The notes: generated by a model not told the origin, from the letters alone. A stretch of 64,000 nt of DNA from an uncultured Candidatus Rokubacteria bacterium (GCA_963840495.1 CAWIZN010000013.1:47110-111109), one strand, 5' to 3'. Counted from the stretch's first letter, positions 23,997-36,795 are shown. A program made the numbers and translations.

Positions 23997-24824
23997 GTGC
24001 CGCCTCGTGTGAATCCCCTCCCCCCGCCGCCCGTCGCGCCGCCGGAACACGTGGGGCCGGCGGCCGCCTCCTGGCGTGCCGGGCTCACTGCGCTCCTCGA
24101 CCTGGCCTTCCCGCCGTTCTGCGCGGTGTGTCGCGGCCGGCTTGGCGAAGGCCGCCGGGACCCGCTGTGCGGCGGGTGCTGGGGCCGCATGCCGCGATTG
24201 GCTCCCCCGTGGTGTCATGTCTGTGGGCTGGCCCTCGGCCAGTTCGCGACCGGCCACGCGCCCGCGCTCGGGGTGGAGGCGGCACATCTGCGCTGCGGCC
24301 CGTGTCGGAGCCGGCCGCCCGCGTTCACGTATGCGCGCTCGGCCGCACGATACGAGGATCCCCTGCGCGAGGCCCTGCGTGCGTTCAAGTTTGCCGGTCG
24401 CCGCGCGCTCGCCGCGCCGCTCGCCGATCTCATCATCGAGATGGGGCCGTCGTGTCTGGCCGTGGCGGCGCCTGACCTGCTCGTCCCCGTGCCGCTCTAT
24501 CCCCGACGCGAGCGGGAACGGGGCTTCAACCAGGCGCTCCTGCTCGCGCGCCGCCTGAGCCGCGGCTGGAACGTGCCGGTCCGGGCCGACGTGCTGACTC
24601 GGGCCGCCGCGACCCGTCCCCAAACCGATCTCACCGCGGCGGAGCGCCGGGCCAATGTGCGCGATGCGTTCGCGCTCCGACGACCCGATCTGGTGACCGG
24701 GCGTCACGTCGTCGTCGTCGACGATATCCTCACCACGGGCTCCACGGCGAGCGCGTGCGCGCTTCGCCTCCGCGAGGCCGGCGCGGCCGTGGTGGGCGTG
24801 ATCACCGTCGCTCGAGCGGGCTGA
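23997..24824 (+). CDS. comF: ComF family (double zinc ribbon + PRTase)
   Basis: CAVC/CGGC/CHVC/CGPC, RGFNQA, VVDDILTTGST. Confidence 0.9.
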   Translation: MPPRVNPLPPPPVAPPEHVGPAAASWRAGLTALLDLAFPPFCAVCRGRLGEGRRDPLCGGCWGRMPRLAPPWCHVCGLALGQFATGHAPALGVEAAHLRCGPCRSRPPAFTYARSAARYEDPLREALRAFKFAGRRALAAPLADLIIEMGPSCLAVAAPDLLVPVPLYPRRERERGFNQALLLARRLSRGWNVPVRADVLTRAAATRPQTDLTAAERRANVRDAFALRRPDLVTGRHVVVVDDILTTGSTASACALRLREAGAAVVGVITVARAG

Positions 24825-24845
24825 GCCGGGGGCGGCCGGGTTACC

Positions 24846-26127
<1,282 letters not shown>

Positions 26128-26177
26128 CCGGTTTTCTCCGACCGGCTCCTAGCGCGATCCTGGGGAGGGGAGCGGCA

Positions 26178-27363
26178 TTGGCGAAGGTGAGCGTCGAACA
26201 GGTCGACCTTGCAGGGAAGCGGGTCTTTCTTCGGGTGGACTTCAATGTCCCCCTCGACGGCGCGCGCATCACCGACGACACGCGGATCACCGCGGCCTTG
26301 CCGACGGTCCGTCACTGCCTCGAGGCCGGGGCGTCGGTGATCCTCGCCTCCCATCTCGGGCGCCCCAAGGGCAAGCCCGATCCCAAGTACTCGCTCGCGG
26401 CCTGCGGCGACGCGACTCGCCGAGCTCCTCGGTCGGCCCGTGCCGCTGGCGCCGGACTGCATCGGGCCCGAGGTCGAGGCGGCGGCCCATGCCCTCGGGC
26501 CGGGCCAGCTCCTGATGCTCGAGAACCTGCGCTTCCATGCGGAAGAGGAGAACAACGACGCGGCGTTCGCCCAGGCCCTGGCCGGACTGGCCCAGGTCTA
26601 CGTCGACGACGCGTTCGCCGCCGCCCACCGCGCGCACGCCTCGATCGAGGCCATCACCCGCTACCTGCGCCCGGCGGTGGCGGGACTGCTCATGGCGAGG
26701 GAGCTTGCGGCGCTCGGCCGCATCTTCGACAAGCCGGAGCGTCCGGTCTGGGCCATTCTCGGAGGCGCCAAGGTCTCCGACAAGCTGGCCCTCGTGGACA
26801 ACCTCACGACCAAGGTCGAGGGGCTCCTGGTCGGCGGCGGGATGGCGTTCACGTTCCTCGCCTCGCTCGGGCACGGTATCGGGCGCTCCCTCGTGGAGCC
26901 CGATCGGCTCGGAGCGGCGAGGGCCGTGCTCGAGCGGGCGCGGAGCGCCGGAATTCCGCTGCGGCTTCCCGTCGACGTGGTCGTCGCCGCCGGGCCCGAG
27001 GCGACCACCGGGCTTCGCACCGTGGGCATCCGCGAGATTCCCTCCGATCTGATGGGCCTCGACATCGGCCCGGCGACCGTCGGGCAGTTCGCGGCCGCGC
27101 TCAAGGGGGCGGGCACGGTGATCTGGAACGGGCCCATGGGGGTGTTCGAGAAGGAGCCCTTCGCCGCGGGCACGCTCGGCGTGGCGCGGGCGGTCAGCGA
27201 GTGCGGCGGCTTCTCCGTGATCGGCGGCGGGGACACCATCGCCGCCGTCCAGCAGGCCGGCGTGACGTCCCGCATCGGCTACATCTCCACCGCGGGCGGC
27301 GCCTTTCTCGAGTTTCTCGAGGGCCGCGTGCTGCCGGGCGTCGCCGCGCTCGACGACGCCTGA
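26178..27363 (+). CDS. pgk: Phosphoglycerate kinase (frameshift near 26400)
   Basis: RVDFNVP and SHLGRP; then [34 protein letters not shown]. Confidence 0.93.
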
Positions 27364-27368
27364 GCGCC

Positions 27369-28148
27369 ATGCGGACCCCGTTCGTCGTCGGCAACTGGAA
27401 GATGCACGGAACCATCGCGGAAGCTAAGGACCTCGCCGAGGCGATCCGGGACGGGCTCAAGCGGCCGCGCGGCGTCGAGGTGGCGGTCTGCCCTCCGTTC
27501 ACGGCGCTGGCCGCGGTGAGCGAGGTCCTCGCCGGCTCGCCGGTCCTGCTCGGCGCGCAGAACTGTCACTGGGAGGACAAAGGCGCGTTCACCGGTGAGA
27601 TCTCACCGCCGATGCTGGTCGACCTGGGGTGCCGCCTCGTCCTCGTCGGCCACTCCGAGCGGCGGCATCTCTTCCACGAGACGGACGACGAGATCAACAA
27701 GCGGGTGGGAGCGGCGCTGCGGCACGGTCTCCGGCCGCTGCTCTGCGTCGGAGAGACGGCCGACGAGCGCCGGCAAGGGCTGACGTTCACCGTGGTCGAA
27801 GGGCAGCTCCGCGCGGGGTGGGCGGGACTGAGCCCGGAGGCGATCGGCCGGTGCTGCCTCGCCTACGAGCCCGTCTGGGCGATCGGCACAGGCCTCACCG
27901 CGACGCCGAGTCAGGCCGGTGAGGTCCACGGCTACTTGCGGGGGCTGATCTCCGAGCTGGGATCGAGAGAGCTCGCCCAATCCGTCCGCATCCTCTACGG
28001 AGGCAGTGTCAAGCCCGACAATGCCGCGGCCTTCACCGAGGAGCCGGACATCGACGGCGTCCTCGTGGGCGGCGCCAGCCTGGAGGCCCCGGGCTTCATC
28101 TCCATCGCGAAGAAGTCCGCCGCCAAGGGCGGCGCTCTCAAGGAGTAA
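27369..28148 (+). CDS. tpiA: Triosephosphate isomerase
   Basis: [35 protein letters not shown]. Confidence 0.97.
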   Translation: MRTPFVVGNWKMHGTIAEAKDLAEAIRDGLKRPRGVEVAVCPPFTALAAVSEVLAGSPVLLGAQNCHWEDKGAFTGEISPPMLVDLGCRLVLVGHSERRHLFHETDDEINKRVGAALRHGLRPLLCVGETADERRQGLTFTVVEGQLRAGWAGLSPEAIGRCCLAYEPVWAIGTGLTATPSQAGEVHGYLRGLISELGSRELAQSVRILYGGSVKPDNAAAFTEEPDIDGVLVGGASLEAPGFISIAKKSAAKGGALKE

Positions 28149-28155
28149 GCGCGGC

Positions 28156-28554
28156 ATGTTCATCCTCATCGTGATCATTCACATCATCGTCAGCCTCATC
28201 ATCATCGCCCTCGTGCTGCTGCAGGCGGGCAAGGGCGCGGATATCGGCTCCGCCTTCGGCGGCTCGGGCAGCCAGGCCGTCTTCGGGTCGATGAGCACGC
28301 CGACCGTGCTCGGCAAGCTCACGACGGCCGTGGCCGTCGTGTTCATGCTGACGTCGTTCACTCTGGCGATACTCGCGCACCGCCGGGCCACGACGATCAT
28401 GCCCGCGACGGCTCCGGCGGCCGCGCCCGCCGCCGCCCCGGGATCGTCGCCGGCTGGGGCACCCCCGGTGGCCTCGCCCCCGGCGGCGGCGCCGGGCGGG
28501 CCGGCGGCCCCCGCAGCTTCCTCACCGCCCGCGCCGGCCCCGGCCACGAAGTAG
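28156..28554 (+). CDS. secG: Preprotein translocase SecG with Pro/Ala-rich tail
   Basis: LVLLQAGKGADIGSAFGG; follows tpiA. Confidence 0.92.
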   Translation: MFILIVIIHIIVSLIIIALVLLQAGKGADIGSAFGGSGSQAVFGSMSTPTVLGKLTTAVAVVFMLTSFTLAILAHRRATTIMPATAPAAAPAAAPGSSPAGAPPVASPPAAAPGGPAAPAASSPPAPAPATK

Positions 28555-28555
28555 G

Positions 28556-30208
28556 ATGCCGCCGGGCGGGCGCCTCGTCGCGCTGGCGCTGGCGGGCGTC
28601 GCCGCGCTCCTGACCGGTTGCGGGCCAGACGCGGCGAGCCTCGTCGAGGAGTCATCGGTAGGAGCCGGCGCTCCGGCCCACGGCGACACGTTCATCGAGG
28701 CCACCATCGGCGACATCGCCGGGCTCATTCCCAATATCACGAGCGACGGCGCATCGCACGAAGTGGGCAACATGATCTACGACGGCCTCGTCAAGGCCGA
28801 CAAGGACCTGAACTTCGTCGGCGCCATGGCGGAGTCGTGGGAGTTCAGCCCGGACTGCCTCGAGCTGACGTGGAAGTTGAAGCGGAACATCAAGTGGCAC
28901 GACGGTCACCCGTTCACGGCCGAGGACGTGCTGTTCACCTATCAGGCGATGATCAATCCGAAGACTCCGACGGCCTACAAGGAGGACTTCCTGGCCGTCA
29001 AGAGCGCCGAGGTCATCGATCCCTACACGTTCCGCGTCAGGTACACGCGTCCCCTGGCCAAGGCCGTGCAGAGCTGGAGCATGTGGATGCTGCCCAAGCA
29101 CCTGCTCGAGAAGTACGTCGCGGACGGCAAGCTCAAGGAGTCGCCGGAGAACAGCCGGCCGGTCGGAACGGGACCGTACCGATTTCAGGAGTGGAAGAGC
29201 GGCGAGAAGGTCGTGCTCGTCTCGAACAACGAGTACTACCAGGGCCGCCCGTATCTGGGCCGCGTCGTCTACCGCGTGATCCCGAACCAGGGGACGATCT
29301 TTCTCGAGCTCAAGGCCAAGGGGGTCGACCTGGCCTCGCTGACCGCCATCCAGTACGCGCGGCAGACCGAGTACCCCGCCTTCCGCAAGGCGTTCCGGAA
29401 GTACCGCTATCCCTCGAGCGCCTACACGTACTTCGGCTTCAACTTGAAGGATCCGCGCTTCGCCGACCGGCGCGTGCGCCAGGCCTTTGCCCACGCCATC
29501 GACAAGCAGGAGCTCATGGAGGGTGTCCTCATGGGCCTGGCGCGGGAGGCGACGGGACCGATCCGGCCGGGGTCCTGGGCCTACACCAACAAGGTGACGC
29601 GCTACGACTACAGCCCCGAGAAGGCCAAGGCGCTCCTCGCCGAGGCGGGTTGGAAAGACAATGGCGACGGCGTCCTGCGGGACAAGGACGGCAAGGCGTT
29701 CTCCTTCACCATCCGGACGAACCAGGGCAATGAGGAGCGCAAGAAGGTCGCCGAGATCCTCCAGCAGCGCCTGGCCGCGATCGGCGTGAAGACGGAGATC
29801 CAGGTCATCGAGTGGGCGTCCTTCATCAAGGAGTTCATCAAGAAGAAGCGCTTCGAGGCCGTCGTCCTCGGCTGGGGTGTCGGGACCGACCCCGATCAGT
29901 ACAGCGTCTGGCACTCGAGCCAGATGGGACCGGATCAGCTCAACCAGATCTCCTACGCCAATCCGGAGGTGGACCACCTGCTCGAGGAGGGACGTGCCTC
30001 CTGCCACCAGCAGGAGCGCATCAAGTACTACCACCGATTCCAGGAGGTCCTCGCCGAGGACCAGCCGCTCGTCTTCCTCTACTTCCGGGATGCGCTCCCG
30101 GTGGTGTCCTCGCGCGTTCAGGGCATTCAGCCCGCCCCGTCCGGGATCTTCTACAATTTCATTCAGTGGTATGTGCCGAAGCAGGTCCAGCGGTACACCT
30201 CCGGCTAG
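28556..30208 (+). CDS. Peptide ABC transporter substrate-binding lipoprotein (family 5)
   Basis: Lipobox LTGC; KWHDGHPFTAEDV, PVGTGPY, VRQAFAHAID. Confidence 0.92.
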   Translation: MPPGGRLVALALAGVAALLTGCGPDAASLVEESSVGAGAPAHGDTFIEATIGDIAGLIPNITSDGASHEVGNMIYDGLVKADKDLNFVGAMAESWEFSPDCLELTWKLKRNIKWHDGHPFTAEDVLFTYQAMINPKTPTAYKEDFLAVKSAEVIDPYTFRVRYTRPLAKAVQSWSMWMLPKHLLEKYVADGKLKESPENSRPVGTGPYRFQEWKSGEKVVLVSNNEYYQGRPYLGRVVYRVIPNQGTIFLELKAKGVDLASLTAIQYARQTEYPAFRKAFRKYRYPSSAYTYFGFNLKDPRFADRRVRQAFAHAIDKQELMEGVLMGLAREATGPIRPGSWAYTNKVTRYDYSPEKAKALLAEAGWKDNGDGVLRDKDGKAFSFTIRTNQGNEERKKVAEILQQRLAAIGVKTEIQVIEWASFIKEFIKKKRFEAVVLGWGVGTDPDQYSVWHSSQMGPDQLNQISYANPEVDHLLEEGRASCHQQERIKYYHRFQEVLAEDQPLVFLYFRDALPVVSSRVQGIQPAPSGIFYNFIQWYVPKQVQRYTSG

Positions 30209-31201
30209 ATGCTCCTCTTCGCGCTCCGCCGACTCTTGCTCGCCATCCCTTTGCTCCTCGGCATCACCTTCGTCTCGTTCATCGTGATCCACCTGGCGCC
30301 CGGCGAGCCGGTGCCGGGTGGCGAGGAGGATCTGGGCCGGCAGCTCCCCAAGGAGGTCGTCGAGAAGATCCGCGAGCTCTACGGGCTCGACAAGCCGCTG
30401 CACGTGCAGTACTGGAACTGGCTGACGCGGGTCGTGCGCCTGGACTTCGGCAAGTCCTTCCAGCCCGACGGCCGGCCGGTCCTGACCAAGATCCGCGAGC
30501 GGCTGCCCATCACGCTGTTCCTGAACGTCGTGGAGCTGATCATCATCGTGGCCCTGGCGGTGCCCATCGGCGTGCTGTCGGCCACCCGCCAGTATTCGAC
30601 CTTCGACAAGGTCACCACGCTGTTCGTGTTCGTCGGCTTCGCCACGCCGGACTTCTGGCTCGCGCTGCTCCTCATGATCCTCTTCGGCGTGCAGCTCGGG
30701 TGGCTGCCCATCTCGGGTCTCAGATCGCTCAACTGGGAGTACCTGTCGTTCTGGCAGCAGCAGTGGGACTTCCTGAGCCACTTGATCCTTCCGATCGCCG
30801 TGGTCACCTTCGGCGGGCTCGCCGGGCTCAGCCGCTACATGCGGCAGAGCATGCTCGAGACCGTGCGCCAGGACTACGTGCAGACGGCACGCGCCAAGGG
30901 GCTGTCCGAGGGGACGGTGATCGGCAAGCACGCGCTCCGCAATGCGCTCCTGCCCGTGGTGACCGTCCTCGGCTTGTCGCTGCCGGGACTGATCGGCGGG
31001 AGCGTGATCATCGAGTCGATCTTCGCCATTCCCGGCATGGGCTTGCTCATGGTGCAAGGGGTCTTCGCCCGCGACTACCCGCTCATCATGGGCAACCTCG
31101 TCATCGTCTCGACGCTCACGCTCTTCGCCAACCTGTTCGCCGACATCACATACGGGCTCGTGGATCCGCGCATCCGTCTGGGCGGCCGGCGGAGACGCTG
31201 A
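30209..31201 (+). CDS. Peptide ABC permease (OppB/DppB)
   Basis: YGLDKPLHVQY, DYVQTARAKGL, HALRNALLP, DPRIR. Confidence 0.92.
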   Translation: MLLFALRRLLLAIPLLLGITFVSFIVIHLAPGEPVPGGEEDLGRQLPKEVVEKIRELYGLDKPLHVQYWNWLTRVVRLDFGKSFQPDGRPVLTKIRERLPITLFLNVVELIIIVALAVPIGVLSATRQYSTFDKVTTLFVFVGFATPDFWLALLLMILFGVQLGWLPISGLRSLNWEYLSFWQQQWDFLSHLILPIAVVTFGGLAGLSRYMRQSMLETVRQDYVQTARAKGLSEGTVIGKHALRNALLPVVTVLGLSLPGLIGGSVIIESIFAIPGMGLLMVQGVFARDYPLIMGNLVIVSTLTLFANLFADITYGLVDPRIRLGGRRRR

Positions 31202-31230
31202 GCGTGGCCGGCGCGACGAGGCGCGGGGAG

Positions 31231-32094
31231 ATGCGCCAGTTCTGGCGCACGTTCCGCCGCAACCAGCTCGCCGTGGGCGGGGGCTTCGTGGTGGCGGTGC
31301 TCGTCCTCTTCGCCATCTTCGCGCCCGCCATCGCGCCGTGGGACCCCAACCGGCCCGACACGAAGCGGGTCTTCGCGCCGCCCTCGATGAGCCACTGGTT
31401 CGGCACCGACCAGCTCGGCCGCGACGTCCTCTCCCGCGTGCTCTACGGCTCGCGGATTTCCCTCGCGGTGGGCTTCGTGTCCGTCGGCATCGCCACCGTG
31501 ATCGGTCTCCTCCTCGGCGCCGCCGCGGGCTATCACGGGGGCGCCATCGACTCGGGCATCATGCGCCTCGTCGACCTCATGCTGGTGTTTCCCCGATTCT
31601 TCCTGCTGCTCGCGGTGCTCGCGTTCTTGCAGCCGTCGATCTGGACCATCATGGCGGTCATCGGCCTCACGGGCTGGATGGGGGTGGCGCGCCTCGTGCG
31701 CGCCGAGTTTCTGACGCTGCGCGAGCGCGAGTTCGTCATCTGGTCGGAGTCGGTCGGCGCCAGCGCGCTGCGGGTCGTGTTTCGCCACATCCTGCCCAAT
31801 GCCATCGCGCCCGTCCTCGTCGCGATGACCCTCGGTATTCCCGCGGCCATCCTGACGGAGTCGGGGCTGTCGTTCCTGGGGCTGGGCGTCCAGCCCCCGT
31901 ACGCGACCTGGGGCAATATCCTGAACGACGGCAAGGACTCCATCGAGATCGCGTGGTGGATGACGCTGTATCCCGGCTTGGCGATCCTGGTCACGGTGCT
32001 CTCGTACAATCTCCTCGGAGAAGGCATCCGCGACGCCCTCGATCCGCGGCTCAGGCAGTCTCGCGTGGGGCGGATGATCCGTCTCGGGCGCTGA
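31231..32094 (+). CDS. Peptide ABC permease (OppC/DppC)
   Basis: HWFGTDQLGRD, HILPN, LSFLGLG, GEGIRDALDPR; alternative GTG start at 31204. Confidence 0.92.
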   Translation: MRQFWRTFRRNQLAVGGGFVVAVLVLFAIFAPAIAPWDPNRPDTKRVFAPPSMSHWFGTDQLGRDVLSRVLYGSRISLAVGFVSVGIATVIGLLLGAAAGYHGGAIDSGIMRLVDLMLVFPRFFLLLAVLAFLQPSIWTIMAVIGLTGWMGVARLVRAEFLTLREREFVIWSESVGASALRVVFRHILPNAIAPVLVAMTLGIPAAILTESGLSFLGLGVQPPYATWGNILNDGKDSIEIAWWMTLYPGLAILVTVLSYNLLGEGIRDALDPRLRQSRVGRMIRLGR

Positions 32095-32184
32095 GACGCG
32101 GCAACGGCAAGCGGCGTCGGGCTCCTCTGACGCGCTTGGATTGACAAGCTCCGCGCGTCCACGGCATACTTCGACTTCGCTGGA

Positions 32185-32269
<85 letters not shown>

Positions 32270-32290
32270 ATCCTTCCTCGAGAGAGCCCC

Positions 32291-32614
32291 GTGAGCAGTG
32301 TCTTTCGGTTGCTGCGGCGCACTCGAAGCGAGGGAGCGGGCGGCGCGGGGGATCGCCGGCCGCGGTCCGTCTGGCGCACCGCTCGAACGGTCGGGGGCTT
32401 CACCTTGATCGGCGTGGGGATCGTCGGCACGCTGCTGCCCATCATCCCCGGCATACCGATGGTCATCGCCGGGGTCGCTCTCGTGGGCCCCGGTCATCCA
32501 GTGCTCAGGCCCGTGATGACTCGGATCGAGCGCTGGCGGCGCCGGAAGCAGGTCCTGATCGCTGCAATGGCCGAGAGAGTCCGCGAGGGCGCGCAGCCCG
32601 TTGGCGGCTTGTGA
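32291..32614 (+). CDS. Small membrane protein (PGPGW-like)
   Basis: [27 protein letters not shown] hydrophobic hairpin. Confidence 0.6.
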   Translation: MSSVFRLLRRTRSEGAGGAGDRRPRSVWRTARTVGGFTLIGVGIVGTLLPIIPGIPMVIAGVALVGPGHPVLRPVMTRIERWRRRKQVLIAAMAERVREGAQPVGGL

Positions 32615-32660
32615 AAGATGTGCCATAATGCCGCCGAGGAATTCCCTAAGGATAGACGCG

Positions 32661-33581
32661 ATGGGTGTATCCCTGCCTCTCCTCGAGCCGTTGCGCCCGA
32701 CCGACTCGCCCAAGCCGCCGTGGCTCAAGGTGCGCGCGCCGGGTGGGCCGCAGTACCTGCGCCTGAAGGGCCTGATGAAGGAGTGGAATCTCCACTCCGT
32801 CTGCGAGGAAGCTCGCTGCCCGAACATCGGCGAGTGCTGGGAAGATCTCACGGCCACCTTCATGATCCTGGGCGATATCTGCACGCGGAACTGCGGCTAC
32901 TGTGCCGTTCGGCACGGTCGGCCTGCCTGGGAGGACCGCGAGGAGCCGCTGCGGGTCGGGCGCGCGGTCGCGGAGCTCGGCCTCGAGCACGTGGTGATCA
33001 CGTCGGTGAATCGCGACGATCTGGCGGACGGCGGCGCGGCCCACTTTGCGGCGACCGTCCGCGCCGTGCGACACGAGGCGCCGGGATGCCGGATCGAGCT
33101 GTTGATCCCCGATTTCCAGGGCCATGCCGGGGCGCTTGCCGAGGTGATCGATGCCGGACCGGACGTCTTGAACCACAACACCGAGACCGTGCCGCGGCTC
33201 TACAAGGTCGCGCGGCATGGCGGGCGCTACGAGCGGACGCTCGAGCTGTTCCGGCGCGCCCGCGAGAGGGCGCCCCGCCTGCTGACGAAATCCGGGATCA
33301 TCCTCGGCCTGGGTGAAGAGCGTCAAGAGCTGCTCGACACCATGCGGGATCTGCGGGTCGTCGACGTCAACGTCCTCACGCTGGGACAGTATCTGCGGCC
33401 CTCCGCCGGACATCTGCCCGTTGCCCGCTACTACCGGCCTGAAGAGTTCGCCGACCTCGCGGAGGCCGGCCGAGCCCTCGGCTTCGACCATGTCGAGGCG
33501 GGGCCGCTCGTCCGCTCCTCCTATCACGCCAAGCGACAGGTGCAGGGGCTGTCGGCCGGCGGGCGCGTCGAGGGCAAGTGA
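32661..33581 (+). CDS. lipA: Lipoyl synthase
   Basis: [26 protein letters not shown]. Confidence 0.97.
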   Translation: MGVSLPLLEPLRPTDSPKPPWLKVRAPGGPQYLRLKGLMKEWNLHSVCEEARCPNIGECWEDLTATFMILGDICTRNCGYCAVRHGRPAWEDREEPLRVGRAVAELGLEHVVITSVNRDDLADGGAAHFAATVRAVRHEAPGCRIELLIPDFQGHAGALAEVIDAGPDVLNHNTETVPRLYKVARHGGRYERTLELFRRARERAPRLLTKSGIILGLGEERQELLDTMRDLRVVDVNVLTLGQYLRPSAGHLPVARYYRPEEFADLAEAGRALGFDHVEAGPLVRSSYHAKRQVQGLSAGGRVEGK

Positions 33582-33583
33582 CC

Positions 33584-33935
33584 ATGGACTATGTCTCGAT
33601 CCTGATGGTCTTCGCGGTGGCCGCGCTGGTGGCGGGGGCGCTCCTGGGCATTCCCTGCTCTCATCGCACCGCGGCGATACTCCGCGATCAAGATGGCGCC
33701 CTTCGAATGCGGGAAGGATCCGATCGCGCTGCCCGAAGGCCGCTTCGCCATCAAGTTCTCGACCATCGCGATCTTCTTCATCCTCTTCGACATCGAGCTC
33801 TTGTTCGTCTGGCCATGGGCCACCCTCTACCGGCGGCTCGGCTGGTTCGGCTTCGTCGAGATGATGGTGTTCCTCGGCGTGCTCATGCTCGGCTTCGTCT
33901 ACATCTGGCGGAAGAAAGGACTGCAATGGGAGTAG
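33584..33935 (+). CDS. nuoA: NADH-quinone oxidoreductase subunit A (frameshift near 33655)
   Basis: [23 protein letters not shown]. Confidence 0.9.
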
Positions 33936-34384
33936 GCACGTTCTTCACGTCCAAGCTCGACGAGGCCATCGGCTGGGCGCGGAAGTACTCGATCTTCCAG
34001 TACCCCTTCGTCACGGCGTGCTGCGGCATGGAGTACATGGCCACGGCGTGCTCGCACTATGACGTCGATCGCTTCGGCGCGGGCCTGCCCCGCTTCTCTC
34101 CCCGGCAGGCCGACGTCCTGTTCGTGGTGGGGACCATCAGCCACAAGATGGCGCCCGTCCTCAAGCGGATCTATGACCAGATGTGCGAGCCCAAGTGGGT
34201 GGTGGCGTTCGGCGTCTGCACGTGCACCGGCGGCTTCTACGACAACTACGCGACCGTGCAGGGCATCGACACGATCATTCCCGTCGACGTGTATATCCCC
34301 GGGTGCCCGCCTCGTCCCGAGAGCGTCATCGATGGACTGATGAAGCTCCAGGACAAGATCGCCTCGGGCATCCAGCGGTTCTAG
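33926..34384 (+). CDS. nuoB: NADH-quinone oxidoreductase subunit B
   Basis: ACCGME, SPRQADV, GCPPRPE. Confidence 0.95.
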   Translation: MGVGTFFTSKLDEAIGWARKYSIFQYPFVTACCGMEYMATACSHYDVDRFGAGLPRFSPRQADVLFVVGTISHKMAPVLKRIYDQMCEPKWVVAFGVCTCTGGFYDNYATVQGIDTIIPVDVYIPGCPPRPESVIDGLMKLQDKIASGIQRF

Positions 34385-34419
34385 CGGTACCGAGCCGGGC
34401 CAGGGAGGGCGCAATCCCA

Positions 34420-34917
34420 GTGGACGGACAGGCGATTCTCGCGCGGGTGCGCGAGCGTCTCGGCGCGGGCGTGCTCGACACGCATGCGTATCGCGGGGAT
34501 CACACGGCGATCTTGGCCCGCGCGGCCTTGACCGAGGCGCTGGCATTCTGCCGCGACGACGCGGCGCTCCGGTTCGACATGCTGATCGATCTGACGGCGG
34601 TCGACTACCTCAAGTATCCCGGGCGCGAGGATGGTCCCCGCTTCGACGTCGTCTACCACCTCTACTCCGTCGACCACAACCACCGGCTGCGCCTGAAGGT
34701 GCCGGTGGAGCAAGACGACGCCTCGGTCCCGACGGCGAGCGGTGTCTGGCCCATCGCCAACTGGCTCGAGCGGGAGGTGTGGGACATGTACGGCATCCGC
34801 TTCGAGGGGCATCCCGACCTGCGCCGCCTCCTCATGTACGAGGAGTTCGTCGGGCACGCGCTGCGCAAGGACTATCCCATCAACCGGCGCCAGCCCCTGA
34901 TCGGACCGAAGGTATGA
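34420..34917 (+). CDS. nuoC: NADH-quinone oxidoreductase subunit C
   Basis: EREVWDMYGIRFEGHPDLRRLL, GHALRKDYP. Confidence 0.95.
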   Translation: MDGQAILARVRERLGAGVLDTHAYRGDHTAILARAALTEALAFCRDDAALRFDMLIDLTAVDYLKYPGREDGPRFDVVYHLYSVDHNHRLRLKVPVEQDDASVPTASGVWPIANWLEREVWDMYGIRFEGHPDLRRLLMYEEFVGHALRKDYPINRRQPLIGPKV

Positions 34918-34938
34918 TCGGCGAGCGGAGCGAGCCCC

Positions 34939-36306
34939 ATGGCGGTTGAGCGGGCGACGCGGGAGCTGTTCCTGGGGGAGGGCGGGGCGGGCAGCCAGAA
35001 TCTCTACGTCAACATGGGTCCGGCCCACCCGGCCATGCACGGCATCATCCGCATCTTCGCGGAGCTCGACGGGGAAATGGTGGTGAAGGCCGACGTGGAG
35101 ATCGGCTATCTGCACCGGGCCTTCGAGAAGGACTGCGAAGCCCACGTGTATGGCAATGCCATCCCCTACACGGATCGGCTGAACTACGTCTCCCCCCTCA
35201 TCAACAACTTCGGCTACGCGTCCGCCGTGGAGAAGCTCCTCGGCATCGAGATCACCGAGCGCTGCAAGTACATTCGCGTGATCATGAGCGAGATCTCCCG
35301 GATCTGCGACCACCTGACGTGCGTGGGCGCGAGCGCGATGGAGCTGGGCGCCTTCACCGTCTTCCTCTACATGATCAAGGCGCGCGAGTTCCTGTGGGAG
35401 CTCGTCGAGGACGTGACGGGGGCGCGGCTCACGATCTCGTACGGCCGGATCGGTGGCGTCAAGGCGGACCTCCCGGCGGGCTTCGACCTCAAGGTGAAGA
35501 AGGCCTTCGCGGAGACGCGCCAGGTGCTGGAGGAAGTCCACAAGCTGATCACCGGCAACCGCATCTTCATGGACCGGATGGTCGGCGTCGGTGCGCTCTC
35601 CCGCGCCGACACCATCGCGTGGGGGATCACGGGACCGCTCCTGCGGGCGGCCGGCGTTCCGTTCGATCTTCGGAAGACGCAGCCGTACTGGGCGTACGAC
35701 CGGATGGAGTTTGAAGTCCCGCTGGGCGTGAACGGAGACAACTTCGACCGCTACCTCGTGCGCATGGCCGAGATGGAGCAGGCGATGCGGATCGCCGAGC
35801 AGGGGCTCGAGGGCATTCCCGGGGGCTCCATCCAGGTGGATTGGGAGGGGCGGGCGATCGATCCCGACATCTACGTCGACCTCGGCAAGCAGGGGAAGAC
35901 CGAGGGCCTCCTCCTCATCCCGATCACGCTCTCGCCGAATCTCCAGGGCCAGGACCGAGGCGCTCACGCGCGCGTCGACGTGTCGGACAAGCGCGTCGTG
36001 CTGCCGCCGAAGGAAGCCGCCTACGGATCCATCGAGGGACTGATGAACCACTTCATGCTCGTCATGGACGGGTACGGTGTCCGGCCCCCGCCCGGGGAAG
36101 CGTACGTTCCCGTGGAGGGCGCCAATGGCGAGCTCGGCTTCTACGTGGTGTCCGACGGCTCGGACCGGCCCTATCGGCTGCGCTGCCGGCCGCCATGCCT
36201 GCCCCCGGTGGCCGCGCTGCCGCGGATGATCGAGGGGCAGATGATCGCCGACGTGATCCCGACCTTCGGCTCGGTGAACATGATCGGCGGGGAGCTGGAT
36301 CGCTGA
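34939..36306 (+). CDS. nuoD: NADH-quinone oxidoreductase subunit D
   Basis: GPAHPAMHG, GYLHR, DRLNY, GELG, GELDR. Confidence 0.95.
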   Translation: MAVERATRELFLGEGGAGSQNLYVNMGPAHPAMHGIIRIFAELDGEMVVKADVEIGYLHRAFEKDCEAHVYGNAIPYTDRLNYVSPLINNFGYASAVEKLLGIEITERCKYIRVIMSEISRICDHLTCVGASAMELGAFTVFLYMIKAREFLWELVEDVTGARLTISYGRIGGVKADLPAGFDLKVKKAFAETRQVLEEVHKLITGNRIFMDRMVGVGALSRADTIAWGITGPLLRAAGVPFDLRKTQPYWAYDRMEFEVPLGVNGDNFDRYLVRMAEMEQAMRIAEQGLEGIPGGSIQVDWEGRAIDPDIYVDLGKQGKTEGLLLIPITLSPNLQGQDRGAHARVDVSDKRVVLPPKEAAYGSIEGLMNHFMLVMDGYGVRPPPGEAYVPVEGANGELGFYVVSDGSDRPYRLRCRPPCLPPVAALPRMIEGQMIADVIPTFGSVNMIGGELDR

Positions 36307-36308
36307 CC

Positions 36309-36795
36309 ATGGCCGACGCCAAGCACCCTCTGTTCACGGCCGAGCAATTGGCCGAAGCGCGGCGGCTGATGGCGCTCTATCCGGACAAGCGCGGGGCGCT
36401 CCTGCCCGTGCTGCACCTGGCGCAGGACACGTTCGGCTACGTCTCCCTCGAGGTGGAGGAGTACGTCGCGGGCCTCTTCGAGCTGTCGCCCGCACACGTG
36501 CACGAGGTGGCGACGTTCTACACGATGTTCTTCAAGGAGCCCGTGGGACGGCACGTGGTGGCGGTCTGCCACAACCTGACCTGCCACCTGCTCGGCGCCA
36601 AGGGCATCATCGAGCACTTGAAGGAGCGGCTCGGCGTCGAGTCCGGGCGAGACGACCGCCGACGGCCGTGTCACCCTGCTGACCGTCGAGTGCCTGTGCG
36701 CCTGCGAGCAGGCGCCCATGATGCAGGTGGACGATCGCTACGAGGGGCTCCTGACGTCGGGCAAGGTCGACCAGATCCTGGGGGCGCTCCGGTGA
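36309..36795 (+). CDS. nuoE: NADH-quinone oxidoreductase subunit E (frameshift near 36645)
   Basis: VATFYTMF, VCHNLTC, then VECLCACEQAP in the next frame. Confidence 0.9.

Noticed and set aside
28400-28554. Pro/Ala tail of SecG as a novel domain
   Set aside because: Low-complexity tails are common in SecG
32609-32628. Rex operator upstream of lipA-nuo
   Set aside because: Only the TTGTGAA half-site matches; the second half is poor
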